The notes under the pieces were generated by a model. That model made no database searches and had not been told where the DNA came from. It saw only the letters and a list, made by a program, of their open reading frames with translations. A stretch of DNA of 47,259 nucleotides from a virus. The DNA lies in IMG/VR virus record IMGVR_UViG_3300030392_000429, positions 1 through 47,259 of that record; one strand, given 5' to 3'. Positions 23,066-31,075 of the stretch are shown in pieces. The translations under genes and the position numbers were made by a program. Positions within the stretch are counted from its first letter, which is position 1. Each line of letters starts with the position of its first letter.

Positions 23066-23089
23066 CAAAAAACCCGCCGGGGTGGCGGG
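23066..23089 (-). terminator. Intrinsic terminator (minus strand)
   Basis: Minus strand: acccgcc-acccc-ggcgggt-tttttgtgtg, downstream of gene 23113..23337. Confidence 0.7.
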
Positions 23090-23112
23090 TTGGGGGCGCG
23101 AATGGTGTGCCG

Positions 23113-23337
23113 CTATTCGCTTGCCAGCCGTTGGGCAGAGTGCATTGCATCCTGTATTTGCTCGGCTAGCGTGCTATCAACACACTCTGGAAACTCAACA
23201 TCACTACCGTTCGGCCCATACATGTTGATCCATGCGCTGCCGTTCTCGATATTTAGCTCAATCACGTACCCCTCTGGCAGATCGCTTGCCGCATCTTCAA
23301 TCGCTTGATCTACTGTTAGCTCAATCATCCCAAACAC
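23113..23337 (-). CDS. Hypothetical acidic protein (74 aa)
   Basis: ORF, last gene of the 23113-24985 cassette, followed by a terminator. Confidence 0.55.
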   Translation of the reverse strand: MFGMIELTVDQAIEDAASDLPEGYVIELNIENGSAWINMYGPNGSDVEFPECVDSTLAEQIQDAMHSAQRLASE

Positions 23338-23756
23338 TCCATCACGTAGAATTTATCCCACACATACCGCCCATTCGCAGTACGCTCCAAGTCCTTCATC
23401 AGCTCGTTGCGCGCCTCTTGCAGCTCGCTAATAAGCATCTGCTGGCCTACCTCGGCCTCAGCTTCGCGTGTCTCCATGCTACCGTCATCATAGCGCAGCA
23501 CTAGCCGGGCAATGATGCGCCACCGTAGCGGGGCATGCGTGGCGTACGTGGCAATGTCCTGGTATTTATACGCCGGAACATGCGCCGGAAACGACCACTC
23601 GCCCTCAAACTCACCGCCGATATGCCGTCCGGTGGCCTTAATACCTATACACCAGCGCCTAGCGGTCGCCTGGTAGTGCTGATACTGCCGATGGCTAACG
23701 ATGCGCTTACGGCGCTTGATTTCGCCCGCTTGGGCGCGTTTTTGGGCGCGGTTCAT
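23325..23756 (-). CDS. Hypothetical protein (143 aa)
   Basis: ATG 23756 gives MNRAQKRAQ... with an ATGA overlap onto the upstream micro-ORF. The track GTG start is at 23768. Confidence 0.55.
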   Translation of the reverse strand: MNRAQKRAQAGEIKRRKRIVSHRQYQHYQATARRWCIGIKATGRHIGGEFEGEWSFPAHVPAYKYQDIATYATHAPLRWRIIARLVLRYDDGSMETREAEAEVGQQMLISELQEARNELMKDLERTANGRYVWDKFYVMECLG

Positions 23757-23920
23757 TGGTCGCCCCACATTGGCGCTGTATAAGTTACGAAAGCAACAAA
23801 AAGGCTAGCGACGTAAACGATAGCTAATTGCTCCCCTTGCTCGACATCTTCACCCATTAGCAACATCAGGATAAATGGCTGCAATCCAGCAAATACTGAT
23901 GATATTAATTTCATTTTCAT
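23753..23920 (-). CDS. Small membrane protein (55 aa), below the ORF-track cutoff
   Basis: MKMKLISSVFAGLQPFILMLLMGEDVEQGEQLAIVYVASLFVAFVTYTAPMWGDQ has two hydrophobic segments. ATGA overlaps at both ends (23917-23920 and 23753-23756). Confidence 0.55.
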   Translation of the reverse strand: MKMKLISSVFAGLQPFILMLLMGEDVEQGEQLAIVYVASLFVAFVTYTAPMWGDQ

Positions 23921-24180
23921 TGACCCCCACCTGGCGCATAAACAATCGCCGCTTGTACTGCTGCGCCCATGTCGCCAAACGGCATGTACATCTCACTGGC
24001 AGCGTCTACCATTTCGGCGGTTGGCTCGACGGGAACGCACTTCCACCCATCAGGACAGCACGCTTGCCATGACTTCCACTGATCACTGGTAATGGGGCAA
24101 GCATATTCGCCATCAATCATCTGCATCTGATTGCCGCGTGATTTCGCCCACGATTCAAATCGCTCTCTCTCAGTCATCAT
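23917..24180 (-). CDS. Hypothetical protein (87 aa)
   Basis: ORF translationally coupled to its neighbours. Trp/Cys-containing. No motif recognised. Confidence 0.55.
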   Translation of the reverse strand: MMTERERFESWAKSRGNQMQMIDGEYACPITSDQWKSWQACCPDGWKCVPVEPTAEMVDAASEMYMPFGDMGAAVQAAIVYAPGGGQ

Positions 24181-24359
24181 AACTCCATCTCCTTCAGTTC
24201 TCGTTGCAGTCGGCGCTCTTCCAGCCGGCGATCAATATCCAGCCGCCGTGCATACCGACTGCTGGCGTATAGGTCGTTGCGGATGCGGCTTTGGTGTTTG
24301 GTTTCGGATAAGCCGCACTGAATATGGCGGCCTGTGAAGTTGGGGATGGTGTGTTTCAT
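24177..24359 (-). CDS. Hypothetical basic protein (60 aa)
   Basis: ORF with ATGA overlaps. Arg-rich, with a coiled-coil-like C-terminus. Confidence 0.5.
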   Translation of the reverse strand: MKHTIPNFTGRHIQCGLSETKHQSRIRNDLYASSRYARRLDIDRRLEERRLQRELKEMEL

Positions 24360-24610
24360 GGCACGTCAATCCAAGCTGGCACTTGGTCTGTCATGTATTC
24401 GCCGTAGTTCGAGATATATCGTTGCTCAGCATCCGGCCCGTTGCAATAAAGCTCGCATAACGGCGTGAAGTGTCCGGCTTGTCTATGCTCATCGCTCTGG
24501 AATATGCCTAAAGCGTACCGGAACTCCTCAACCGTAAATTCAATCCAATCTTTTGTTGGGAACCCCATTACATGGTATTGAAGCTTAATCTTATCACCTG
24601 CCTTCATCAC
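24356..24610 (-). CDS. Hypothetical protein (84 aa)
   Basis: ORF with SD AGGAGAG upstream. Confidence 0.55.
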   Translation of the reverse strand: MMKAGDKIKLQYHVMGFPTKDWIEFTVEEFRYALGIFQSDEHRQAGHFTPLCELYCNGPDAEQRYISNYGEYMTDQVPAWIDVP

Positions 24611-24649
24611 TCTCTCCTAAATGCCCGCGCTAGGCGGGCGGGTTGTTTG

Positions 24650-24985
24650 TTAAAACTCCGCGCTCAAATAATCCCACTCGCCTATCTCGATGTCGTCAAC
24701 CTCTGATTCGAGTTGGCAGTCTGAGTTGCAATAGATTTTGCCAGACTGGATGTAGCCATCTGACGCAGCCATGCCATAGCTTTCAAAACTGTAGCGACAG
24801 CCCGCGCAATGAACTCCGTGAGTGCTGCCTACTTTAGAATGCTTAATCTGATTAACTCCCGTTGCGTTGTCTGTATAGAGACAATAAACCCCAGCGGCTG
24901 CCAGGGCTAATGGTATTTTTCTATCGTGTAGCGGCGGGTGATATGGGTTAGCTATCAGGATCAAACGCCGCTCTCTGCTTTTCAA
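24650..24985 (-). CDS. Cys-rich (CxxC...CxxxC) small protein, start codon uncertain
   Basis: HCAGCRYSF...IYCNSDCQ zinc-ribbon-like. Upstream element C and a GGGAG SD lie inside the long ORF, and there is no ATG/GTG/TTG after that SD. Confidence 0.45.
   Translation of the reverse strand: MKSRERRLILIANPYHPPLHDRKIPLALAAAGVYCLYTDNATGVNQIKHSKVGSTHGVHCAGCRYSFESYGMAASDGYIQSGKIYCNSDCQLESEVDDIEIGEWDYLSAEF
24881..24923 (-). promoter_or_regulatory. Repeated upstream element, copy C
   Basis: Minus strand: cgaTAGAAAAATACCATTAGC (21 nt identical to copy A)-19 nt-TATTGTCTC. Confidence 0.5.
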
Positions 24986-25853
24986 GCCGGGCTTTTAGCG
25001 GGCCGAGTATTGGTTCTCCTGATTCGTCAAGCAATACAGGTTGTTGCGAACATTTGCACCGAATAGAATTGGCGTCTACCGAATACCACTCTGCAACCTC
25101 CTGAGGAGAGTATGTTCTCCCATGCCTAGCGGAATGCGACCTTCTGGTAGTTGGTGACAGGGCTGATAAATGGAGCATGGCGGTACGAATACCCAGCCGC
25201 TCCCGAGCATCCTGCGTTTCGTCTCTTGTGGCGCGCCTTAACGCGCTACCTATCTCAGTCCGCGCAATAGTCTCCGCCCGCCGCTCAGCAATCCCGAACC
25301 GCTTGCGAATATCCTTCGCCACATCACGGGGATTTAGCCCATCCTCAACGCCCTGGCTAAGCACGCGCCCCAATTCCGTAGCCGTATCGCCGTTGAATGA
25401 GTCCATCTGCTCGAACACCCGCGAACGAATCAACGCCACCCGCCGCTGCCACGGCTCCGACGCCAAGACCTGCGTTATCTCCCGCGTATAGTCATCCGTC
25501 AGCGCGGCAAGCTGTGCTACGGCGTTACCCGTACCCGCTTCATAAGCTCGACGGGCCTGCTCTGCCATATAATCCGGTGGCACTTCGATGCCCAGGCGAC
25601 GGCGAATCTCCTCAACAATAAGCCGCAGCTCCTCCACGCTAATTAGGTATTCGTAGCGCGTTTCGTTGACCACGTAGCCCGGCACCTGGGCGTTAATCGT
25701 GATCTCACGCTTTGGTATCTCCTCAAAACGATCAAGCACCCAGCGGCGAACGTCACGCAAGCCGCGTTTTAGGCGGCTGATGGTCTGTTGTTGGAGTCTT
25801 GCGCCACCCACCGGGTTCTCTGTGTTTCGGGGCAGGGTGGGGTATTTAGGCAT
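24948..25853 (-). CDS. Head morphogenesis protein, Mu F / SPP1 gp7-like
   Basis: 301 aa. ARTEIGSALRRA...TTRRSHSARHGRTYS...NSIRCKCSQ matches the Mu F-like pattern (R.sH..l.G ... nCRC). Confidence 0.75.
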   Translation of the reverse strand: MPKYPTLPRNTENPVGGARLQQQTISRLKRGLRDVRRWVLDRFEEIPKREITINAQVPGYVVNETRYEYLISVEELRLIVEEIRRRLGIEVPPDYMAEQARRAYEAGTGNAVAQLAALTDDYTREITQVLASEPWQRRVALIRSRVFEQMDSFNGDTATELGRVLSQGVEDGLNPRDVAKDIRKRFGIAERRAETIARTEIGSALRRATRDETQDARERLGIRTAMLHLSALSPTTRRSHSARHGRTYSPQEVAEWYSVDANSIRCKCSQQPVLLDESGEPILGPLKARLEKQRAAFDPDS

Positions 25854-25998
25854 TGTGACCGCCAGTCATAAATGTTCTATGCCCACACCCTGGGCAGCGC
25901 TTTGATGAGCCACCTTTCTTTATGTCTTTTGCTGTCGGCTCACTCATCTTCGCCTTAGTTACAGGCTTTAAGCATCTCATGCATATGTAATGATTCAT
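25846..25998 (-). CDS. Zinc-ribbon micro-protein (50 aa), below the ORF-track cutoff
   Basis: MNHYICMRCLKPVTKAKMSEPTAKDIKKGGSSKRCPGCGHRTFMTGGHNA has CxxC...CxxC. Overlaps the MuF-like start by 8 nt. Confidence 0.5.
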   Translation of the reverse strand: MNHYICMRCLKPVTKAKMSEPTAKDIKKGGSSKRCPGCGHRTFMTGGHNA

Positions 25999-26010
25999 CC
26001 CGCCATCCCC

Positions 26011-26202
26011 TCAATTAACAACATTCCGCCCATCCCACCTACGCCCACGGTCAGCATCACCACACAAATAACGGTCATGCCAAACCAATCCGGCAGCGCG
26101 GCACCCTAACGGGCTATGCTTGCTGGGCAAACGCGCGGCTAAATACCACTTATCTAGCGTGGCGGTAGCGGCCACCCAGCGCCATGTTTGTAGAATGGTC
26201 AT
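26011..26202 (-). CDS. Doubtful ORF (63 aa, Trp/Arg-rich)
   Basis: ATGA coupling at 26199-26202 supports the start. An alternative-frame 27-aa hydrophobic peptide (MTVICVVMLTVGVGGMGGMLLIEGMAG) is ATGA-coupled to the next gene instead. Confidence 0.3.
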   Translation of the reverse strand: MTILQTWRWVAATATLDKWYLAARLPSKHSPLGCRAAGLVWHDRYLCGDADRGRRWDGRNVVN

Positions 26203-26312
26203 AACACCCCCTTAGGCCGCATATCTAGCCACTTCATCTGCAAATACCACTGAAACGCGGCTATCTCTTGGTATTTTGCGTTTTCGTGCCAGTGTTGATA
26301 AACCTCATTCAT
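26199..26312 (-). CDS. Micro-ORF (37 aa)
   Basis: MNEVYQHWHENAKYQEIAAFQWYLQMKWLDMRPKGVL. Its ATG overlaps the portal stop (ATGAATGA). Confidence 0.35.
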   Translation of the reverse strand: MNEVYQHWHENAKYQEIAAFQWYLQMKWLDMRPKGVL

Positions 26313-27687
26313 CGTCGTCGCCCTCACTATCATCATCCGCAGGCACCTCAGGCTCTGCCAACGCCTCCCAGCCAATGATAGCCCGCAATTCATCTCCTGT
26401 CGCGATAATCTCCCCGGTGCCTGCCATGTTTTTAACCGCTTCGGTCGCGGTCTTGAGCATTGCCAGTTTATCGGCAAGCGAGGCGTCGTTCAGCTCCGAC
26501 CACATCACCTCGTATTCATTACCCGGCACTGGCGGAATGATGCGGTATTCCATCAGGCGGTCAATCAGGCGACGAATATCCGTTTGCAGGTCACCTGCCC
26601 GGCGCGCTTGGCAGCGGTTGTTCATATTAACCGCGTCTTCTGTGCTAGCCCTGTCCCCCTGCTGGTTCCCGATCAGCTCTTTATGAGGAATCTCTAGCGA
26701 CGCCGCGATGCACTGCACCTGCATCTCAAAATGCTCTTTCGGCTGCGGGACGTTGGCGACCAACGGGTTAATCTTGCCGCCTGTAGTGAACGCTGCTGCG
26801 TCAATGCCGCTGTTCAGATCCGCCATCATCTCATTCAGGCGCTCGTTCAGCTCGTCCATACCGACGCCATACGACCTGGCAAGCTCTGGCAGGCTTTGCG
26901 AGTCGCTATACTCAACGCTCAACTGCCGTGAAGCATTCTTCAAAAATCCTTCGCCGCTGCCTCCCGTAATCTTAACCAATGACACGAAGTCGTTATACGC
27001 CGCTTCCAGCTCGCTCACGCCTTCTCGATAATCACCTACAATAACCACGCGGCTATGATGAATCGTCACGCTACGCGCCGGGGGCGGGTTGTCTGCGGTC
27101 TGCACGTTGCCTTCGTTGTAGTTCCAGGTGGTGGGCTGGCCGTAGCGCGGGCTGTTTGGGTTTTCGTCCCATGTACCCGGCGTTAACTGGCCTTCCCATG
27201 CCGGGATAACCTCGATTAAATCCCCTCCCGGCTGTAGCTCTTCATCCCATCGCGCATTATCCGCAACGCGCAAAATCAGGCCGGAATACGCCCCTACCAT
27301 CCTGCGGCGGTCGGCATCTTGGAATTTCTGCCAGACGTTTAGCCGTTTGAACAGCTTGCGAACGTCACGTTCCCAGGGCTTCTCCGTGGTCTTTTCGTCG
27401 GTCGTGTCGCCCTGGATGATCCACGGGTTGTCCTGCCATGTCTTGCGGTTGATGCGGTTAATGCCAGCTTTGGCTAGGCTGCAGCGCTGGTACAAGTTTA
27501 GGAAGTCGAAAAAACAAAGCGTATTCGGGAACCCGAACTCGTGCCATGCGCGGTCGCGCTTCGTGTCGATACCGCCGTTGTACCCGCTGCCAAACGCTAG
27601 CGCTTGACGCATCGACGCCAACCGACGCTCGCTCATGTACTGGTTTACGGCCATCGTCAGCCGCGTTTCTTTGTCGTGTTCTGCCAT
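26305..27687 (-). CDS. Portal protein (DUF1073-type)
   Basis: 460 aa. Lies upstream of the MuF-like gene and downstream of the terminase region. N-terminal region resembles DUF1073 portals. Acidic C-terminal tail. Confidence 0.75.
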   Translation of the reverse strand: MAEHDKETRLTMAVNQYMSERRLASMRQALAFGSGYNGGIDTKRDRAWHEFGFPNTLCFFDFLNLYQRCSLAKAGINRINRKTWQDNPWIIQGDTTDEKTTEKPWERDVRKLFKRLNVWQKFQDADRRRMVGAYSGLILRVADNARWDEELQPGGDLIEVIPAWEGQLTPGTWDENPNSPRYGQPTTWNYNEGNVQTADNPPPARSVTIHHSRVVIVGDYREGVSELEAAYNDFVSLVKITGGSGEGFLKNASRQLSVEYSDSQSLPELARSYGVGMDELNERLNEMMADLNSGIDAAAFTTGGKINPLVANVPQPKEHFEMQVQCIAASLEIPHKELIGNQQGDRASTEDAVNMNNRCQARRAGDLQTDIRRLIDRLMEYRIIPPVPGNEYEVMWSELNDASLADKLAMLKTATEAVKNMAGTGEIIATGDELRAIIGWEALAEPEVPADDDSEGDDDE

Positions 27688-27722
27688 TTAAAAAGCCCTC
27701 ATAGTGTGAGGGCAGTATAGCA
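27688..27722 (-). promoter_or_regulatory. TGCTATACT extended -10 fused to hairpin/T-run that contains the portal SD
   Basis: Minus strand: TGCTATACT-GCCCTC-acactat-GAGGGC-TTTTT-AA-ATG. Confidence 0.5.
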
Positions 27723-27739
27723 TTTAGTGCGCTGTGGTG

Positions 27740-28708
27740 TTATGGGCGGGAATAATGCTCGAATAATCCTGAGCAGCGCTCCTCTCTTTCCCCATCATCG
27801 TTTCTGATCACAGGATTGTTGTCTCCCACCATATTTAGAATTTCATACCTACCGCCTTTGATTAATTGTAACGCACTAGTCGTGCAAATAATCCAATCAC
27901 CCGCCCGCCAATTTGCCGGGTCATCCATGTCGTCTACTGGCTGTGGTTGTTTTCGGTAGCCCTGCTGGTACAGTCGCTTGGAAAAGCTATGGAAATTATC
28001 AGACGCCTGCACATGGCTAACCATCTCCTCAACCGCGCGGTCTTCTTCGGTGGCTAATGCAGCAGAAGCGCGCTTCTGACATTCAAGGCGCGATGACTGA
28101 CAGGCATTGTGTGCTATCCATTCCAAAGCTTCCATCATGCGCTCTACGCAAGTCGCTTGCGGGTGAAAGCCATCATCGCGCAAATCTTCGGCGCACTGTT
28201 TGGGGCTTGGAATTGGCAAATATCCTTCCTCTGCGACTTCCTCACGCTCCCCCACCTCCGGCACCCATTGTTTGCTAGTCATCTGCGGCTCATCACCAAC
28301 CGCATTCGTCGCGCTCAGGATTTGGGATAGAGTGAGTTGGCGCTCTCCCCATCCTGAACCGTTATATCCATGGTACAGATTATCGATTGTCTCGCGCCAT
28401 CCAAAATAAGGATAAAACTGTCCATCCGACGGATACTCCCCCTTCCCCGCCCCCGCCGCCATAAACGCCTCTGCCACGGCGTGATAGTCGTCTTCGGTCA
28501 GGTCTTTGGTGGCGATGTAATCGCCGGGTTGTAATGTTACTGCCGAGCCATCCTGATTCGCATCACTCTGCTTCTCACGCAGCACCCACCCGCCGCCATG
28601 CTGAATAACCTCGTGCGTATGCGTCAGCCCCAGCCACGTGCGCTCCAGTTTGGCGTCTAACTCGGTGGCGAAAGGTTCGCCGTTGTTGCGCGCGATTAGG
28701 TTTATCAT
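27740..28708 (-). CDS. Hypothetical protein (322 aa)
   Basis: ATG 28708 with SD AAGGAG, directly downstream of upstream element B. No motif recognised. Confidence 0.65.
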   Translation of the reverse strand: MINLIARNNGEPFATELDAKLERTWLGLTHTHEVIQHGGGWVLREKQSDANQDGSAVTLQPGDYIATKDLTEDDYHAVAEAFMAAGAGKGEYPSDGQFYPYFGWRETIDNLYHGYNGSGWGERQLTLSQILSATNAVGDEPQMTSKQWVPEVGEREEVAEEGYLPIPSPKQCAEDLRDDGFHPQATCVERMMEALEWIAHNACQSSRLECQKRASAALATEEDRAVEEMVSHVQASDNFHSFSKRLYQQGYRKQPQPVDDMDDPANWRAGDWIICTTSALQLIKGGRYEILNMVGDNNPVIRNDDGEREERCSGLFEHYSRP

Positions 28709-28735
28709 GGTTGGTTGCTCCTTTTCGTTGTGTTT

Positions 28736-28786
28736 ACACCCCAAACAATAAACCACCCATGGCAGGGCTGATAATTGTAATTTCTA
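28736..28786 (-). promoter_or_regulatory. Repeated upstream element, copy B
   Basis: Minus strand: TAGAAATTACAATTATCAGC-16 nt-TATTGTTTGGGGTGT (15-mer identical to copy A). Confidence 0.5.
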
Positions 28787-28939
28787 ATGATGTTGCGCGG
28801 TGGTGATGGGTTTTTCTAATTGCCGCTGCGCATACTCAGCAACGGCTTGATACAGCGCCGGGTTTGTTGTCTGCCAGCGCTGCACGGTGCTGGGTGACTT
28901 GCCGATGAGGGCTGCTATGCGGCGGATGGATGGGTTCAT
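28784..28939 (-). CDS. Small HTH protein (51 aa; possibly 67 aa from GTG 28987)
   Basis: IRRIAALIGKSPSTVQRWQ is helix-turn-helix-like. Stop TAG 28784-28786. Confidence 0.5.
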   Translation of the reverse strand: MNPSIRRIAALIGKSPSTVQRWQTTNPALYQAVAEYAQRQLEKPITTAQHH

Positions 28940-28997
28940 TGCACACGATCCCAGCGTCCTTTTGTTTTGGTCGTCGAAACGGCGCACCCGCGCGCCG

Positions 28998-29216
28998 TCA
29001 TGCTGTCACCTCGTAGCCTTCGGTTATAAAGCCGCATCCACCAATCACAAACTGGCTGCCGTCCTGCATGATTTTGGTGTCATGATGGGTAGTGATCTCG
29101 TTGCCGAAAAAATTGATCACAAACTCTACCATCTGAAAGGCTACAACACCTTGAGCCAGAAGCTCATCATCAGTGTTTTCGACTCGGCTCATCTTGTTGG
29201 CGGTGATTGTTTTCAT
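28998..29216 (-). CDS. Hypothetical protein (72 aa)
   Basis: ORF downstream of the TGCTATTAT element. First gene of the cassette between TerL and portal. Confidence 0.55.
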   Translation of the reverse strand: MKTITANKMSRVENTDDELLAQGVVAFQMVEFVINFFGNEITTHHDTKIMQDGSQFVIGGCGFITEGYEVTA

Positions 29217-29256
29217 GTCGTCGTCTCCGTTGGTGTGTCCCGCTTCGTTATGTATT

Positions 29257-29265
29257 CATAATAGC
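29257..29265 (-). promoter_or_regulatory. Extended -10-like element TGCTATTAT
   Basis: Reverse complement of ataatagca. A second TGCTATCAG lies 12 nt upstream. Confidence 0.4.
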
Positions 29266-29297
29266 ACGCTGATAGCACTATGCAACACCTATAGGCG

Positions 29298-29327
29298 AAA
29301 AAAAAGCCGGATTTTTTTTCATCCGGC
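29298..29327 (-). terminator. Intrinsic terminator after TerL
   Basis: Minus strand: gccggat-gaaaaaaa-atccggc-tttttttt, 12 nt after the TerL stop. Confidence 0.7.
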
Positions 29328-29338
29328 TCTGGTTTTAC

Positions 29339-30694
29339 CTAACGCCTCCGTTTGAGTAATACAGCAGGCCCGCCATTATTCATCGCAAGATGCGGACAAG
29401 CGCCCATGATGAAAGCATCGGCAAGGTTAGGCGACGCTATGCCGCGCTTGGCTAGCTCGTCTTTGGTTTCCACCATGTCTAATCCGCGTTTGCTGTAGCG
29501 CTTCCGTGGTGTGGCTAGCTCTAACTTTAGCTGATCAAGGTTTTTCACGTCACCACTGATGCTGATTAACTCGCTTGCCGGGTATTGCTCGCCCTTGGTG
29601 ACAGCATTGAACGTGTTGCGCAATCGGTCGGCCACGTCTTGCCACGCCTGGGCTTTTAGGTTCTCGAACTTATCCTTGTTCTTGATCTTGGGGGCGTATT
29701 CCATATCGGGGTTGATGATGGCCCCGCCCGCATTGAACTTGTAGTACCCCTGGTTAATTCCCGCCTCTCGCAACGTGGAGCCAACCTGCGCGCCCACGCC
29801 GATAGAGTCATACATCAGCCGCCCGCCTTGCGTATGCGCCCATGCTCGCTTGGCAGACTGTGCCAGCTCATCTTCCGGCGCTTTCCATTCGTCAATATCC
29901 ATGCACAATGCGCCATCAAACACAGCGCAAGCGTTCGTATCGCCGCCGCTGTCGGCAACGTCATAGCCAACGGTTCGCGCGCCTGATAGGTCAATTCCTA
30001 GCTTGATATGCGCATCAACCGCCGCCTCAATCCATGAGTATTTGATAACCGCCGCGTCGTCGTTCGACTTCGGCTGTCCAAGATAGATATGGTTGTAGGC
30101 CTCTGGGTCAGCTTCCTTTAGTCGTTCAGCCTTGCGCCGTGCCGTGCGCGACAAGAACGGGTTTTGGTCATAATTGATATGCCGGATGATGCAGTCATCG
30201 CCAAGTAGCTTAGGCAGCTTTGCCTGAACGAAGTCGGTCTGTAGGTCGGGATTCCACAGGATCCACACCTCGGCACCCTCTTTACGGATGGTCGGGTCAA
30301 TGATGGCCCATTGATCTTCCGTTAAGCCTTCGCCCTCCTCAATCCAGCAAATATCAACGCCTTCGGTGCCCTTGATCTCCTCGATGTTGCGAGCAATACC
30401 GTAGAACAAGAACTCGCTACCCGTCTCTTTGTGCCGGATAGATGAAACGCCAATATCAAACTCATCGCGCCATCCTGCATCGATGATCTTCTGCTTGACC
30501 ACGGTATACACCGAATCCGTGATGCGGTTCTGAAATTGACGCAAGCACAAAAAGCGCACTGAATAGTTGCGCGCCAAGAACGCAGCCATTCCGCCAGCGT
30601 CTTGTGTCTTGGATGAAAAGCGCCCGCCCTTTAGCAGTTTGTACGGCTTGCGCGTTGTCCAGAACGTTTTAAGATTCGGATTCAGTTGGAACAT
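29339..30694 (-). CDS. terL: Terminase large subunit (PBSX/Terminase_3-like)
   Basis: 451 aa. N-terminal KLLKGGRFSSKTQDAGGMAAFLA (Walker A-like) and LCLRQFQNRITDSVY are typical of PBSX-family TerL. Confidence 0.85.
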   Translation of the reverse strand: MFQLNPNLKTFWTTRKPYKLLKGGRFSSKTQDAGGMAAFLARNYSVRFLCLRQFQNRITDSVYTVVKQKIIDAGWRDEFDIGVSSIRHKETGSEFLFYGIARNIEEIKGTEGVDICWIEEGEGLTEDQWAIIDPTIRKEGAEVWILWNPDLQTDFVQAKLPKLLGDDCIIRHINYDQNPFLSRTARRKAERLKEADPEAYNHIYLGQPKSNDDAAVIKYSWIEAAVDAHIKLGIDLSGARTVGYDVADSGGDTNACAVFDGALCMDIDEWKAPEDELAQSAKRAWAHTQGGRLMYDSIGVGAQVGSTLREAGINQGYYKFNAGGAIINPDMEYAPKIKNKDKFENLKAQAWQDVADRLRNTFNAVTKGEQYPASELISISGDVKNLDQLKLELATPRKRYSKRGLDMVETKDELAKRGIASPNLADAFIMGACPHLAMNNGGPAVLLKRRR

Positions 30695-31073
30695 TGGGTT
30701 CTTGGTAGAAGTCGTCTAGGCTGCGGCCACGGTCGATTGCCTCGCCTTTTGTGGTGTGGTCAATCGCGCTGCGCTCTGTGTAGCCATGGTTAGCTAGCAC
30801 CAGCTTGACAATAGTGCTGTTTAGCTTGTTTGCAATGCCGCCATTCAGCGCCAAATGCTCCTGCATTACCTCAATATTTTGTAACGTGTACGAAAATTCA
30901 GGATAAAGGCTTTCCCAGTCATAACTGGTAGACTTTGAAATACCCAAATAGCAGCAAAGGCCAGCGCGTGATGGCACAACGTGGCCTAGCTCATCTAGGC
31001 GGTAAAGATAATCATTCGCCTGAGCCTGAATCTCGTCGTTATACTTGGTTGGCCTCCCTACTGGATTGCCCAT
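30669..31073 (-). CDS. terS: Terminase small subunit (P22 gp3-like)
   Basis: 134 aa from ATG 31073. GRPTKYNDEIQAQANDYL...GLCCYLGISKSTSYDW is the HTH-type TerS N-terminus. Overlaps TerL. Confidence 0.75.
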   Translation of the reverse strand: MGNPVGRPTKYNDEIQAQANDYLYRLDELGHVVPSRAGLCCYLGISKSTSYDWESLYPEFSYTLQNIEVMQEHLALNGGIANKLNSTIVKLVLANHGYTERSAIDHTTKGEAIDRGRSLDDFYQEPNVPTESES

Positions 31074-31075
31074 AA

